From Candidatus Parcubacteria bacterium (GTDB lineage Bacteria > Patescibacteriota > Minisyncoccia > Phycocordibacterales > UBA12088), in the NCBI GenBank assembly GCA_003694545.1, contig RFKD01000016.1, forward strand, positions 1-45,711: DNA of 45,711 nucleotides. The letters are read 5' to 3'. Under the pieces are notes generated by a model that saw nothing but the letters and a program-made list of their open reading frames with translations, made no database searches and was not told the DNA's origin. Made by a program: the position numbers and the translations under genes. This document shows, piece after piece, positions 11,856 through 22,827 of the stretch. Position 1 is the first letter of the stretch. The number at the start of each line of letters is the position of its first letter.

Positions 11856-12971
11856 ATGGCCACGACAACAACACAGCACGCGCGTTCTTCCGGCACTTCC
11901 GCGAAGCAAACCGTTGTAATAACGGGGGCGGCGGGTTATCTTGGCTCCCGCATCCTCGCGGCCGCGCAAGCAGACGCGCGTGTCGGGCGCATTATCGCTA
12001 TCGATTGCGCGCCGTCTCCAAACTTAGAGGGAGTGAATACTGAGCGCGTTCGGTGGATACGCGCATCACTTGACGATCGTGTGCAATGGGAAGAAGCGCT
12101 CCGCCGCGAGGAACCCCACGCGGTAATACACGCGGCGTGGCGGGTTCGCATTCCTTACCAAAAGGAAGCAGAAGTGCGCGCTGAAAACTTGTTGGCAACC
12201 CGTTCGCTTGCCCAATTTGCGCTGTCTGCGCCCAGTGTGCGTGCTTTTGTGTTCGTCTCAAGCGCAGCGGTGTTTGGGGCGTTTGCGTCCAATCATCCCG
12301 ACTACACATTGTGTGAGGCGGATGTGCCGCGCGAAGAAGAATATCCCTATGCGGCGCAAAAGCGCGAAGCCGAGGAAATGCTGTGCAATCTTTGGCGGGA
12401 GCGCAATACAAAAACCCCGGCGTTGCGCATCGCGCGGCCAGTGTCTATCGTTGGCGCGGCTGCGCGCAAGCGCAAAGAAGCGTTCGCGCTGACCGCGTTA
12501 TTGGCAGGACTAGCAGAACCTTCCTCGAACCCTTTTGGGAGAGCGGCGCAGCGCGTGGCTCGCATGTTTCCAGCGCCAACGACATGGCGCCGCCAGTATG
12601 TGCACGAAGATGATGTTGCGCGCGCCCTCCTTGCGCTTGCGCTTGAGGTAGGCCGTGGCGCGGCTGCTCAGCCAATGTTGGTGTATCACCTTGCGCCGCC
12701 GGGGGGCGCGCTTTCTCCGCAAGAGTTTGCCCGTCTCACCGGAAGGGCGTGGCTGCGCGTGGCGCCCTCCTTGGTGCGTCTTGCGTTTTGGGGCGCGTGG
12801 CACCTGTCTCGAGGGGCTGTGCCAACTTGCCGCGGTGTTTGGCGATTTTATTCCTACCCGATCGTGCTTGACGGCGGGCGCATTACCCGCGACTTTTCTT
12901 TCACGTATCAGTGGTCTTCTTCGGATGCGCTCAGGGCTATGCTCGCGGGCGGCGAGGCGAAGGAGGCGTAG
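11856..12971 (+). CDS. NAD-dependent epimerase/dehydratase family protein
   Basis: Rossmann motif VVITGAAGYLGSRIL. 371 aa. Confidence 0.75.
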   Translation: MATTTTQHARSSGTSAKQTVVITGAAGYLGSRILAAAQADARVGRIIAIDCAPSPNLEGVNTERVRWIRASLDDRVQWEEALRREEPHAVIHAAWRVRIPYQKEAEVRAENLLATRSLAQFALSAPSVRAFVFVSSAAVFGAFASNHPDYTLCEADVPREEEYPYAAQKREAEEMLCNLWRERNTKTPALRIARPVSIVGAAARKRKEAFALTALLAGLAEPSSNPFGRAAQRVARMFPAPTTWRRQYVHEDDVARALLALALEVGRGAAAQPMLVYHLAPPGGALSPQEFARLTGRAWLRVAPSLVRLAFWGAWHLSRGAVPTCRGVWRFYSYPIVLDGGRITRDFSFTYQWSSSDALRAMLAGGEAKEA

Positions 12972-13005
12972 CGTCCTCTCCGGAGTCTTCGGCGCTTTAT
13001 TTGGT

Positions 13006-13851
13006 ATGGAGATGGACGAGCAATCTTCCCGCACAAAACACATAATTGTCGACGGAAACGCGCTTGCGCGCGAGATCGTAACAAGCGTGCGGCATGCGGT
13101 AGCTGGGTTTACGCAACAGCCACGGGTTGTCATCGTGCAAGACACGCGAGCTGAAAGCTCAGTGGGAGCGCGTTATGTGCGCAAAAAGCTTGCGGCGGCG
13201 CGGGAAGCAGGCATCGAAGCCGTAACGGTGCATGTTCCGCAGGAAGCGCCAAGTGTCCCCGAGGCGGTGCGGCGAGCTCTCCAAACAGGGGGGCAGGTCG
13301 TTGTGCAACTGCCGGTTGCGGATCCGCGTGAGCGGGAGGAGGCGCTCGCGCTCCTGCCGCCTGAGCGCGATCCGGATGTGATTGGCACTCGGGCGCGGGA
13401 GTTATTTGCGCAGGGAAAAGCGTTGGCGCTTCCTCCTGTTGTGAGCGCGATTGGGCATATTGCGCGCCGCTACGACATTCCGCTTTTCGGCGCGCGGGTT
13501 GTGATTGTGGGAAAGGGATATTTGGTTGGGGCGCCGGCGGCGCTATGGTTTGCGCAACAGGGGGCTCAGGTTACCGTTCTCAGCAAAGACGACGCGCTCA
13601 TTCCTACCCTGCGGGAGGGGGACATCGTGCTGGCGGGCGCAGGATCTCCGAGGCTTATTTCGGCGGATATGGTAAAAGAAGGAGTGGTGTTTCTTGACGC
13701 GGCAACAAGCGAAATAGGGGGCGCACTGGTGGGGGACGCACACGAAGAGATAAGCAAAAAAGCAAGCGTTTGGACGCCCGTGCCGGGTGGCATCGGGCCT
13801 GTGGCTGTCGCAGGGCTTTTGGAAAATGTTGCGCGCTTGACACGAATGTAA
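13006..13851 (+). CDS. folD: bifunctional methylenetetrahydrofolate dehydrogenase/cyclohydrolase
   Basis: Layout and motifs are FolD-like (IIVDGNALAREI...; VVIVGKGYLVGAPAA; TPVPGGIGPVAVAGLLEN). Start trimmed to ATG 13006, downstream of the preceding gene's stop. Confidence 0.8.
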   Translation: MEMDEQSSRTKHIIVDGNALAREIVTSVRHAVAGFTQQPRVVIVQDTRAESSVGARYVRKKLAAAREAGIEAVTVHVPQEAPSVPEAVRRALQTGGQVVVQLPVADPREREEALALLPPERDPDVIGTRARELFAQGKALALPPVVSAIGHIARRYDIPLFGARVVIVGKGYLVGAPAALWFAQQGAQVTVLSKDDALIPTLREGDIVLAGAGSPRLISADMVKEGVVFLDAATSEIGGALVGDAHEEISKKASVWTPVPGGIGPVAVAGLLENVARLTRM

Positions 13852-13885
13852 GAAGGAAGGTACCTTTGGTTCCCAAGCGCAATCT

Positions 13886-14461
13886 ATGGGGAGGCAACAC
13901 AAAAGAGAGTTGGCAAAGACAAGGTGCCCCATTGCGGTGTCCCGTTCAGCGTTCACCTTGATTGAACTTCTCGTGGTCATCGCGATTATCGGACTACTTT
14001 CTTCAATTGTGTTTGCCTCGTTGAGCTCCGCGCGCGCCAAGGCGCGTGATGCCCAGCGATTTGCCACAATTCGGCAAATCCAGCAAGCCTTGGAGCTCTA
14101 TTACGACGCGTACGGCTCGTACCCTCCTTGTCTTCAGGGCACGCATTCGTCTGATCAGTGGTGCGGGCGCTGTGATGCAGGAGGGCACACAGAATTTGCA
14201 GCTGCCCTCCAGCCGCTTGTCAACGAGGGGTACCTGCCTTTCGTGCCGCGCGACCCATTGAATGGTCCGCCCTGCTATACCTACGAGTACTACACGAGCA
14301 ACAATCCCAATACCTACGGAAACAACTGTAATAACATCCCCTTGGAACGATACGCTTATGTCATCCGTTTTGGAACGGAAGTGAGTACGCAAGCAACACT
14401 CGGCCTCTTTAGTGGGCAGCGGGTTGCGGGGAGGGAGTATTGCGTGGGAGTTTTGAGGTAG
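13886..14461 (+). CDS. type IV pilin / pseudopilin-like protein (prepilin-type N-terminal domain)
   Basis: FTLIELLVVIAIIGLLSSIV follows a 20-aa leader, and ARDAQR lies downstream. The C-terminal half is Cys-containing and variable. Confidence 0.75.
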   Translation: MGRQHKRELAKTRCPIAVSRSAFTLIELLVVIAIIGLLSSIVFASLSSARAKARDAQRFATIRQIQQALELYYDAYGSYPPCLQGTHSSDQWCGRCDAGGHTEFAAALQPLVNEGYLPFVPRDPLNGPPCYTYEYYTSNNPNTYGNNCNNIPLERYAYVIRFGTEVSTQATLGLFSGQRVAGREYCVGVLR

Positions 14462-14472
14462 CCAAGCCGCTT

Positions 14473-14501
14473 TTGCAAAGCGGAGGTTGCTGCGCTATAG
14501 T
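14473..14501 (+). promoter_or_regulatory. promoter TTGCAA-17 nt-TATAGT, 8 nt upstream of the secD ATG
   Basis: TTGCAA at 14473-14478 and TATAGT at 14496-14501, with the ATG at 14510 and no SD. Confidence 0.5.
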
Positions 14502-14509
14502 GCACGCGT

Positions 14510-15820
14510 ATGTGGCGAACGCTTTCGGCGGTGGCACTCCTTGGGTTTGTGGGAGCGCTGGGATGGCTTGTCTGGTGGAATGCCTCGGGCAAAGGATCCT
14601 TTCCTTTTCGCCTCGGGCTTGATCTTGCCGGCGGGGTGGAGCTGAGCTACGCCGCGGACATCTCAGAGGTGCCCCCGGGCGAAATTCGCGACGCAATGCG
14701 CTCATTGCGCGATGTTCTCGAACGGCGCGTGAACCTCTTTGGGGTTGCCGAACCGGTCGTGCGCGTGGAGCGCGCTTCCGTGGTTGCAGAGGATAGCGAT
14801 GTGTGGCGGGTGCGCGTTGAACTACCGGGCGTTACGGATGTGGAAGAAGCGATCCGACGTATTGGCCAGACGCCGCTTTTGGAGTTCAAACTCGTGGGGG
14901 GAGCGGCAGCAACTTCCGCCACGGGAACCCCGCAGGTTGTGTACGAGCCTACCGGGCTAACGGGTCGTTTTCTCGAGCAAGCGCAGCTTGGCTTTAGCGG
15001 CGGCAACGCTGGCCCTTCTGAGCCGGTTATTTTCCTCACTTTCAACAGTGAAGGCGCGGAATTGTTTTACGAGATTACGAAGAACAATGTCGGTCGCCAG
15101 CTTGCCGTGTTTCTCGATGGGGAACTCATTACAGATCCGATCATTCGCGAGCCTATTGCCGGAGGGAAAGCGCAAATAAGCGGCAGTTTCGCCGTGCAAG
15201 AAGCCCGAGAAATCGCGCGTAATCTCAATTTTGGGGCTCTACCGGTGCCGATTACGCTTATTGGCACCCAACAGGTAGGTCCTACTCTAGGAAAAGAAGC
15301 GCTTGCGGCGGGCGTGCGGGCGTTGGCTGTCGCGCTCGCGCTTGTTGTCTTCTTTATGGTTGCGTGGTATCGCCTGCCGGGAATGGTCGCGGTTGTCGGC
15401 TTGCTGGGGTACGGCGTTGTGATGCTCGTGCTCTTTCAGTTCATTCCCGTTGTGCTTACTGCCGCTGGCATTGCTGGCTTTATTCTCTCCCTTGGAATGG
15501 CTGTTGACGCGAACGTGCTAGTGTTTGAGCGCCTCAAAGAAGAGCTCGCCCATGGCAAACCGCTTTCCGAGGCTGTTGAGAACGCCTTTGCGCGGGCGTG
15601 GAGCGCCGTGCGTGACGGCAACGTCACAACGCTGTTCACCGCAGGGGTGCTGTACTGGCTGGGAACTTCGTTCGTGGAAGGATTTGCCCTCGTGCTTGCA
15701 CTTGGCGTGTTGGTGTCAATGGCTTCCGCCATGATAGGGGGGCGTGTCTTCCTGCGCGCTCTGGCGGCGATTCCTGCATTGGGTGAACGGCGCGCGTTAT
15801 GGACTTCTCCTGGCATATGA
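14510..15820 (+). CDS. secD: protein translocase subunit SecD
   Basis: 436 aa with a periplasmic domain and six C-terminal TM helices. Contains FGALPVPI and VLTAAGIAGFILSLGMAVDANVLVFERLKEE. Confidence 0.85.
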   Translation: MWRTLSAVALLGFVGALGWLVWWNASGKGSFPFRLGLDLAGGVELSYAADISEVPPGEIRDAMRSLRDVLERRVNLFGVAEPVVRVERASVVAEDSDVWRVRVELPGVTDVEEAIRRIGQTPLLEFKLVGGAAATSATGTPQVVYEPTGLTGRFLEQAQLGFSGGNAGPSEPVIFLTFNSEGAELFYEITKNNVGRQLAVFLDGELITDPIIREPIAGGKAQISGSFAVQEAREIARNLNFGALPVPITLIGTQQVGPTLGKEALAAGVRALAVALALVVFFMVAWYRLPGMVAVVGLLGYGVVMLVLFQFIPVVLTAAGIAGFILSLGMAVDANVLVFERLKEELAHGKPLSEAVENAFARAWSAVRDGNVTTLFTAGVLYWLGTSFVEGFALVLALGVLVSMASAMIGGRVFLRALAAIPALGERRALWTSPGI

Positions 15821-16758
15821 TGGCGCGATACCACCGCACATTGCTCGGCTTGCTGTTGTTACTGCTCGGCAGTAGCGCGGCGGTGCTTATGGTAAAGGGA
15901 ATCCCTCTTGGTATTGACTTTACGGGCGGCACCTCCCTTACTGTGCGCATCGAAGCAAACGCTCCATCCCAAAAAATCACTCAGGATATTGCGCAATACC
16001 TCACGGGGGAAGGGTTCGTTGCGGTGGAAGTCCGCCCTCACGGTGACGGGCGTTTTGAAATTCTCTGGCGTTCAGCTCCTCAGTTAGCAGAAGGCGAATC
16101 CGCGGGCGCGAATGTTCGCTCTCGCCTTGAGCAACATTTGGGCACGGCGGTGGACATCGAGCGATTGGCGGAAGTTGGCCCCATGTTGGGGACCGAACTG
16201 CGCGCGAAAGCGCTCTGGGCAGTCGCGGCGGTATTTCTCATTATCTTAGGTTACCTTGCGTTTGCCTTTCGGGCGATTGCTGACCCTGTTTCGTCGTGGT
16301 GGTATGGCATTGCCGCGTTAGTTGCATTGGTGCACGATGTTGCCATTCCTGTTGCGGTGGTGGCGCTTGCCGCGCATGCTTTTGGCACGGCAATGGACTT
16401 GTTGTTCGTGACCGCCATGCTTGCGATTGTTGGCTATTCGGTGAACGACACGATTGTGGTGTTTGATCGCCTGCGGGAGCTTCTCCTTGAACTTGGCGAC
16501 AAAGCAGCAAAGGTTCCGTTTGCGGAAGTGGTGGATCAAGCGTTGCGCGCATCATTGATGCGATCTATCAACACATCGCTCACCACAGCGGTCGCGTTGG
16601 CTGCGCTTGTTGGATGGGGGGCAGAAAGCACGCGTTGGTTTGCCGTGACGCTTTTTGTTGGTGTTGTCGCGGGAACTATTTCTTCGTTGTTGTTCGCCCC
16701 CGCAATTCTCGTGGAGGTTGCGCAAAGAAAACAAGCCACAGCCCCTCACAAGGCGTAG
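15799..16758 (+). CDS. secF: protein translocase subunit SecF
   Basis: Contains GIDFTGGT near the N-terminus and YSVNDTIVVFDRLRE. It overlaps the secD end by 22 nt. Confidence 0.85.
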   Translation: MDFSWHMMARYHRTLLGLLLLLLGSSAAVLMVKGIPLGIDFTGGTSLTVRIEANAPSQKITQDIAQYLTGEGFVAVEVRPHGDGRFEILWRSAPQLAEGESAGANVRSRLEQHLGTAVDIERLAEVGPMLGTELRAKALWAVAAVFLIILGYLAFAFRAIADPVSSWWYGIAALVALVHDVAIPVAVVALAAHAFGTAMDLLFVTAMLAIVGYSVNDTIVVFDRLRELLLELGDKAAKVPFAEVVDQALRASLMRSINTSLTTAVALAALVGWGAESTRWFAVTLFVGVVAGTISSLLFAPAILVEVAQRKQATAPHKA

Positions 16759-16778
16759 CCAACGCTATTGTCAACGCT

Positions 16779-17381
16779 ATGACTTCGCGCGCGCTACACG
16801 ACTCCCCTTTTGTTGTGGGTATCACAGGCATGATAGGGGCAGGGAAGGGGGAAACCTCGCGGTATCTTGCTGAGCGGTACGGCTTTGTGCCGCTTTTTGT
16901 TCGTTCGGTGGTGCGGGAAGAGCTAGAAAGGCGCGGCTTGCCGGTGGACCGCGACCATATGCGCGAGCTGGCCAATCAAATCCGCTCGGAGCGCGGCGCG
17001 GACTGGTTTGTGCGGGAATTGATTCGCAAGGCACAGAACGAGCGCCTGCCTCGAGTGATTATCGACTCCATACGCGTTCCCGCGGAAGCGGAAGCGGTGC
17101 GCGACGCGGGGGGCATCATTATTGCTGTTGATGCGGATCGAAAGATCCGCTACAAACGCGTCGTGGAGCGCGCTTCGGAAACAGATCGCGTTTCGTATGA
17201 AGATTTCGTGCGCCAGGAAGAAGCGGAAATGACGGGGGGCGGTGGGGCGGCCTCGCAAAACCTCTCCGCGGTTGTGGAGGGGGCGGATGTGTTCTTTGAG
17301 AACAACGGCGCTCTTGAGGAGCTCCATCAAAAAATCGACGCGCTGATGGCGCAACTACGCGTTCCGCCACACGAGGCGTGA
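16779..17381 (+). CDS. P-loop nucleotide kinase (dephospho-CoA kinase / dNMP kinase-like)
   Basis: Walker A VVGITGMIGAGKGE. About 200 aa. Start trimmed to ATG 16779, with a TATTGT box 7 nt upstream. Confidence 0.55.
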   Translation: MTSRALHDSPFVVGITGMIGAGKGETSRYLAERYGFVPLFVRSVVREELERRGLPVDRDHMRELANQIRSERGADWFVRELIRKAQNERLPRVIIDSIRVPAEAEAVRDAGGIIIAVDADRKIRYKRVVERASETDRVSYEDFVRQEEAEMTGGGGAASQNLSAVVEGADVFFENNGALEELHQKIDALMAQLRVPPHEA

Positions 17382-17409
17382 GGCGCGTCGGGAAGGAAAA
17401 GGATCTCTT

Positions 17410-18153
17410 TTGCGTTGTATGCGGCTGTTGCGAATTGCGATTCTCGGGCGCGGCTCATTCGGGCGCTTTCTTACGAGCGCGCTTCCGAAACATTTTCCCC
17501 AAGTAACGACGCGTCTTATTGGTGGCAGGACAACGGGGGTAGCCTTGCGCAAAGCGCTTGCGGACGCGGATGCGGTGGTGCTCGCGGTGCCCATTCGAGC
17601 CTACGAAGAAGTCGCCCAGCGCGTGGCCGCGAGTGCTCCGGAAAGCGCGGTAATCGTTGATGTGGCAACGGTTAAGGAGGCGACGCAAAAAATAATGCGC
17701 CGCTGGTTCGGCAAGCGCCAGTGGATTTCTCTGCACCCTATGTTTGGCCCCTATTCGTATCACACGAAAGGCGGCAGTCTCTCAGGATTTACTCTTGTGG
17801 TCACAGGCTACGGGTTGCCGCCGCGAGCGGCAGACGCGTTGCGTCAAGCGGCGTCGCGCGTTGGGCTTGCGCTCAAAGAGATGCCGGCGAAAACCCACGA
17901 CCGTTTGCTCGCGCGCACGCTGTTTCTCACCCACTACATTGGCCAAATCATCACAACGGCCGGCTTTTCGCGCACACCGATTGACACGGTTTCTTTCGGC
18001 GCGCTTATGCAAGCTGTGGAGAGCGTGCGGCACGATGTGGAATTATTTGCTGATGTGTATCGCCACAACCCGTATTGCGAGGAAACCATTGCGGCGTTTG
18101 AGCGCGCGGAAAACAAAATCCACTACCTCCTGCGCAAACGTTTGCGCCAATAG
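17410..18153 (+). CDS. prephenate/arogenate dehydrogenase-like NAD(P)-binding protein
   Basis: IAILGRGSFGRF dinucleotide fold and the SLHPMFGP motif. The start may instead be ATG 17419. Confidence 0.55.
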   Translation: MRCMRLLRIAILGRGSFGRFLTSALPKHFPQVTTRLIGGRTTGVALRKALADADAVVLAVPIRAYEEVAQRVAASAPESAVIVDVATVKEATQKIMRRWFGKRQWISLHPMFGPYSYHTKGGSLSGFTLVVTGYGLPPRAADALRQAASRVGLALKEMPAKTHDRLLARTLFLTHYIGQIITTAGFSRTPIDTVSFGALMQAVESVRHDVELFADVYRHNPYCEETIAAFERAENKIHYLLRKRLRQ

Positions 18154-18159
18154 TGCTTC

Positions 18160-18808
18160 GCGGGAGCGCCTCTGAGAGGCCGATTCGCGCGCAGGAAAAG
18201 TCCTTCGGCAGAGGAGTTTGAAGGAAAAAGTTCCTCCAGCTGAGCATACACCACTTCTGGCGCTTTGTTTACAACAGCTTGCAGGAAACGATACACCTCA
18301 GCGTTTTAGTCGGCTTGGTTCGGATAAGAAGCGCGCACATTATTTTTCAACACCGAGATACAACTTGCCAGGTGCGCGAGATTCATTTAAGAACTGTTGG
18401 AGGAACGATTGGTAATACAAAAGGCGCTCTTCTGGCTTGGGTTCATACAACGAGAACAGTTCCCTAAGCGTCGTGCGCAGGACAACGACCCATACCTTGC
18501 GATCTGTTCCAGAGGTTTGACGCCAACGGCGTAGGAGTGTGAGGAACGCGACTTCTCCCTGTATACGGGCGGTCTCGAGCGGCAAGGTGTTCTCGGCAAG
18601 CGGCGGATTCCGAAAAAGGAAAAGGCTTTTCCGTAATAGGCGGAGCGAATGCTTCCGGTGCTAATTTTGTTGACATTTTTGCTAACGAAAGAGCTTGCGG
18701 AAGCGTCCCCACCATCAATTCCAACGAATCGCGTACTGCTACGGGAGGGTCAAGATAGGGAGAGAAAGAAAGAGACTCGCGCCGCGGAGGTATTTCCTCT
18801 TCAATCAT
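18160..18808 (-). pseudogene. fragmentary protein-like ORF pieces on the minus strand (decayed gene or tiny ORFs)
   Basis: Track ORFs 18464..18808 and 18340..18585 overlap in different frames. A third protein-like piece (AEVYRFLQAVVNKAPEVVYAQLEELF..., from 18302 downward) lies in another frame after TAA 18340-18342. The region is A/T-richer. Confidence 0.3.
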
Positions 18809-19151
18809 GCGCAGAACTGGAGAAGAATCAATTTTTTCGGGAGGGAGTGCGCCTCAGGATGGGGCTCCCCTTTCACTGACTCCCCCGTGACAGCAAACGA
18901 CGCAGCCGGATTTACTTGTTGGGGCCGTGTTGTATTGCTTGTGGGTTGATTATATCGCCAATGGGAAGGCAACGGCGCGGGCTCGGAGAAACCTGTGGAC
19001 AGCTTATCTTGCATAATTATAACGAGCGGAGCTGCTCTCTGAGCCAGAAGGGTTTGGTTGCGGCTCGGCAGGTGCGTATTCTGGCCGCGGCTTCATAGCG
19101 TAAACGCTTGGGTGGAGAACAAACCCACATAGATATGATAGTATACCGCTG

Positions 19152-19772
19152 ATGGATTTCAGTGTGCGTTCCGCGTTGTTTTTGCGGGGGGAGGTTATCA
19201 GCCTCCATCCGTTGATAAGCGCCGATATTCCCTACTATGTGCGGTGGCTGAACGATCCGGAGGTGCGGCGGTACTTCCCGTTCCATATCGCTCCTGTTTC
19301 AGAGGCGCAAGCTGCTCATTGGGTGGAAGCAGGGGCGCTCGTGGGCATCCACCAGCAGACCTTCACCATCACATCGCCTGCCGCGGAGCCGGTTGGAGCG
19401 ATTGGGTTTCGCGAGATTTCGTATCGCGATCGTCGCGCCTTGGTTGATATCGTGTTTGCGGTGGAATATCTTCACCAGACTTCATACTATACCGACGCGC
19501 TCCACCTTATTGCTTCCTACGCGTTTGACAACGAGTCGCTCAATAAGCTGGTGTTTGAGGTTCCGGACGACGGTGCGCCAGCTTTGGTTGAGGCGCTACG
19601 GGCAGTCGGGGGCTACCAAGAGGCGCACCTAGCGTCCCATATCTTTTTGCGCGGCGTTCTGCGCGATATGCATCTTTGGGCGTTGTTTGCCGACGCGTGG
19701 CGAAGCCAACGCGACAGGGGAGGCCCACAGAAAACAACAGCGCCGCCAGCCCCGCCGCGGCCTTCTTCTTAG
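19152..19772 (+). CDS. GNAT family N-acetyltransferase (RimJ/RimL-like)
   Basis: LRGEVISLHPLISADIPYYVRWLNDPEVRRY is typical of Acetyltransf_3. TGaTAGTAT lies 7 nt upstream of the ATG. Confidence 0.7.
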   Translation: MDFSVRSALFLRGEVISLHPLISADIPYYVRWLNDPEVRRYFPFHIAPVSEAQAAHWVEAGALVGIHQQTFTITSPAAEPVGAIGFREISYRDRRALVDIVFAVEYLHQTSYYTDALHLIASYAFDNESLNKLVFEVPDDGAPALVEALRAVGGYQEAHLASHIFLRGVLRDMHLWALFADAWRSQRDRGGPQKTTAPPAPPRPSS

Positions 19773-19787
19773 CGCGAGCTTAATCGG

Positions 19788-20525
19788 CTAGCGGAGCGCC
19801 GTGTGCTCTGCGCCCAAGAGCGTTCCTTCAAAAGGCATTCCGCGCACAGCGGCTTCCAGTGAACGAAGATTTTTCCCGTTGAGGATAGCAACTCGCATCC
19901 CAGCCTTCTGTGCTTCGCGCGAAGCAGTTGGATCAAATGGGGTGGAAAGTCCCGGATTCCACTGAGGGGGAATGAGAGCAAGATAATCGTTCCAACGCAA
20001 GGACGCAAACGCTCGCGCGGTGTCGTGTGTGTTGGGATCGTGTTCATACACATACGGGATGTTGCTCGCGTTGACGACGATGTCCGCCCCCGCAAGCCGC
20101 GCGAGGCGCACCGCAACGGCGTCGGACGATTGCCCTGGCTGTTGTCCGCCGGCAACCAACAGGCGGTGCTCTCGGATGTCTTTTACGGTGACGCGGGTTT
20201 TTCCTATAAGAGATCCGGCGTTTTCTCCCAAAAGCGCGACGAGGAACGCGGCGTTGAGGTGGGTGGCGTAAATGCCGATCCAATCGAGTGCGTCAGCATT
20301 TTGGACCCCGAGGGCTCGGGCCTCTTCTTGATACCAGCGGGCGGCGTAACCCCCACCTGCCACGATGATACAGCGGAATCCCTGATCCGAAAGGCGCAGG
20401 AAAAACTTCGCGATCCGCTCAAGGTAGTCTTGGTCAAGTTTGGAGGTAGGAGCAAGAAGCGACCCCCCGAGAGAAACAACGGCCCACGAACCACTCATCT
20501 TATAGAGGCTTCGTGAGCCAGCCAT
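19788..20525 (-). CDS. pyrH: amino-acid kinase family protein, archaeal-type UMP kinase-like
   Basis: VVSLGGSLL, IIVAGGGYAARWY and GGQQPGQSSDAVAVRLA motifs. About 245 aa. TGcTATGAT lies 8 nt upstream of the ATG. Confidence 0.65.
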   Translation of the reverse strand: MAGSRSLYKMSGSWAVVSLGGSLLAPTSKLDQDYLERIAKFFLRLSDQGFRCIIVAGGGYAARWYQEEARALGVQNADALDWIGIYATHLNAAFLVALLGENAGSLIGKTRVTVKDIREHRLLVAGGQQPGQSSDAVAVRLARLAGADIVVNASNIPYVYEHDPNTHDTARAFASLRWNDYLALIPPQWNPGLSTPFDPTASREAQKAGMRVAILNGKNLRSLEAAVRGMPFEGTLLGAEHTALR

Positions 20526-20553
20526 TAGTGAGCATCATAGCATCTTGCGGCTC

Positions 20554-20582
20554 TTGACACAACACCTAGGCGTGCGTATACT
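20554..20582 (+). promoter_or_regulatory. sigma70-type promoter of the 16S unit (TTGACA-17 nt-TATACT)
   Basis: TTGACA at 20554-20559 and TATACT at 20577-20582. Confidence 0.6.
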
Positions 20583-20590
20583 GGCCCCTG

Positions 20591-20635
20591 CTTTCCTGCT
20601 AGAAAGCAGGAAAGTTTGGTTTGCTCTTTGAAATC
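20591..20635 (+). promoter_or_regulatory. 16S leader boxB-like hairpin plus boxA-like TGCTCTTTGAAATC
   Basis: Hairpin ctttcctgct/agcaggaaag (20591-20614) followed by tttggtt, then tgctctttgaaatc at 20622-20635. Confidence 0.45.
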
Positions 20636-20723
20636 CGCATACCACTCAACAAGCGAGAACCCCCTTTGGTTTTCCAAAGGAAAGTCGCCCTGAAAAGGGC
20701 GCGCGCACGATGAGAAAAGGATC

Positions 20724-22210
<1,487 letters not shown>

Positions 22211-22413
22211 CATTGGAGGTGCTGCGGGCAACCGCGGTGCGATGTGGTCGATTATGTGTGCCTCGATCGAGCACGCATAAGGGGAAGTGTGCACCCCCCT
22301 AAACACACTCGGCCGATGCGGGAGATGCCGACACCCGCTTCATCGATGGCGTAGGGAAAGCTCGCTCGAGTGGTATGCGGATTTGAAGGAGGAAGCCACA
22401 ACCAAACACGCCA

Positions 22414-22458
22414 CCAAACACATCAGCGCACCCCAATGGGGCGCGCTGATGTGTTTGG
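22414..22458 (+). terminator. very stable hairpin between the 16S trailer and tRNA-Ile (terminator or processing element)
   Basis: ccaaacacatcagcgc(a)cccc-aat-gggg(c)gcgctgatgtgtttgg forms about 20 bp. The downstream T content is only modest. Confidence 0.45.
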
Positions 22459-22470
22459 TTGTGGACTGGT

Positions 22471-22499
22471 TTGGCGAACAAGCGCGTATGTGCTACACT
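22471..22499 (+). promoter_or_regulatory. promoter TTGGCG-17 nt-(TGc)TACACT just upstream of tRNA-Ile
   Basis: TTGGCG at 22471-22476 and TACACT at 22494-22499. The tRNA starts at 22510. Confidence 0.45.
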
Positions 22500-22509
22500 T
22501 TGCCGTGGC

Positions 22510-22581
22510 GCGGGCGTAGTTCAGTGGTAGAACGCCGCTCTGATAAAGCGGAGGTTGATGGTTCGATTCCATCCGCCCGCA
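22510..22581 (+). tRNA. tRNA-Ile (anticodon GAU)
   Basis: Cloverleaf: acceptor GCGGGCG/CGCCCGC, D arm GTTC-AGTGGTA-GAAC, anticodon arm CCGCT-CTGATAA-AGCGG, T arm GATGG-TTCGATT-CCATC. CCA is not encoded. Confidence 0.9.
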
Positions 22582-22827
22582 CAGCAGGTGAGTAGCTCTT
22601 GGTGGTGTCGGTACACCTTTGGTGCGTTAATCGACGCGTATGAAGCGGGGTTCACCTTCCACCTCAGGCTTACCACGTGCTTGGGAAAGCCAAACTGATC
22701 GAGAAGGGAAGCAAGGCCCCGGCACCTTCCTCCTTGCGGTTGCAACAGAGGGAAGCGATCTTCGTCTGAATCGGCGTAACGCCGAAATCGCCAAGGCTCG
22801 TTAGGTGCCGAAAAAGAGGTTTTTCAG

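Noticed and set aside
22721-22738. GGCACCTTCCTCCTTGCGG resembles the canonical 16S tail (CACCTCCTT).
   Set aside because: It lies about 520 nt beyond helix 45, past the processing stem, a 20-bp hairpin and tRNA-Ile, so it cannot plausibly be part of the mature 16S without an unprecedented rearrangement.
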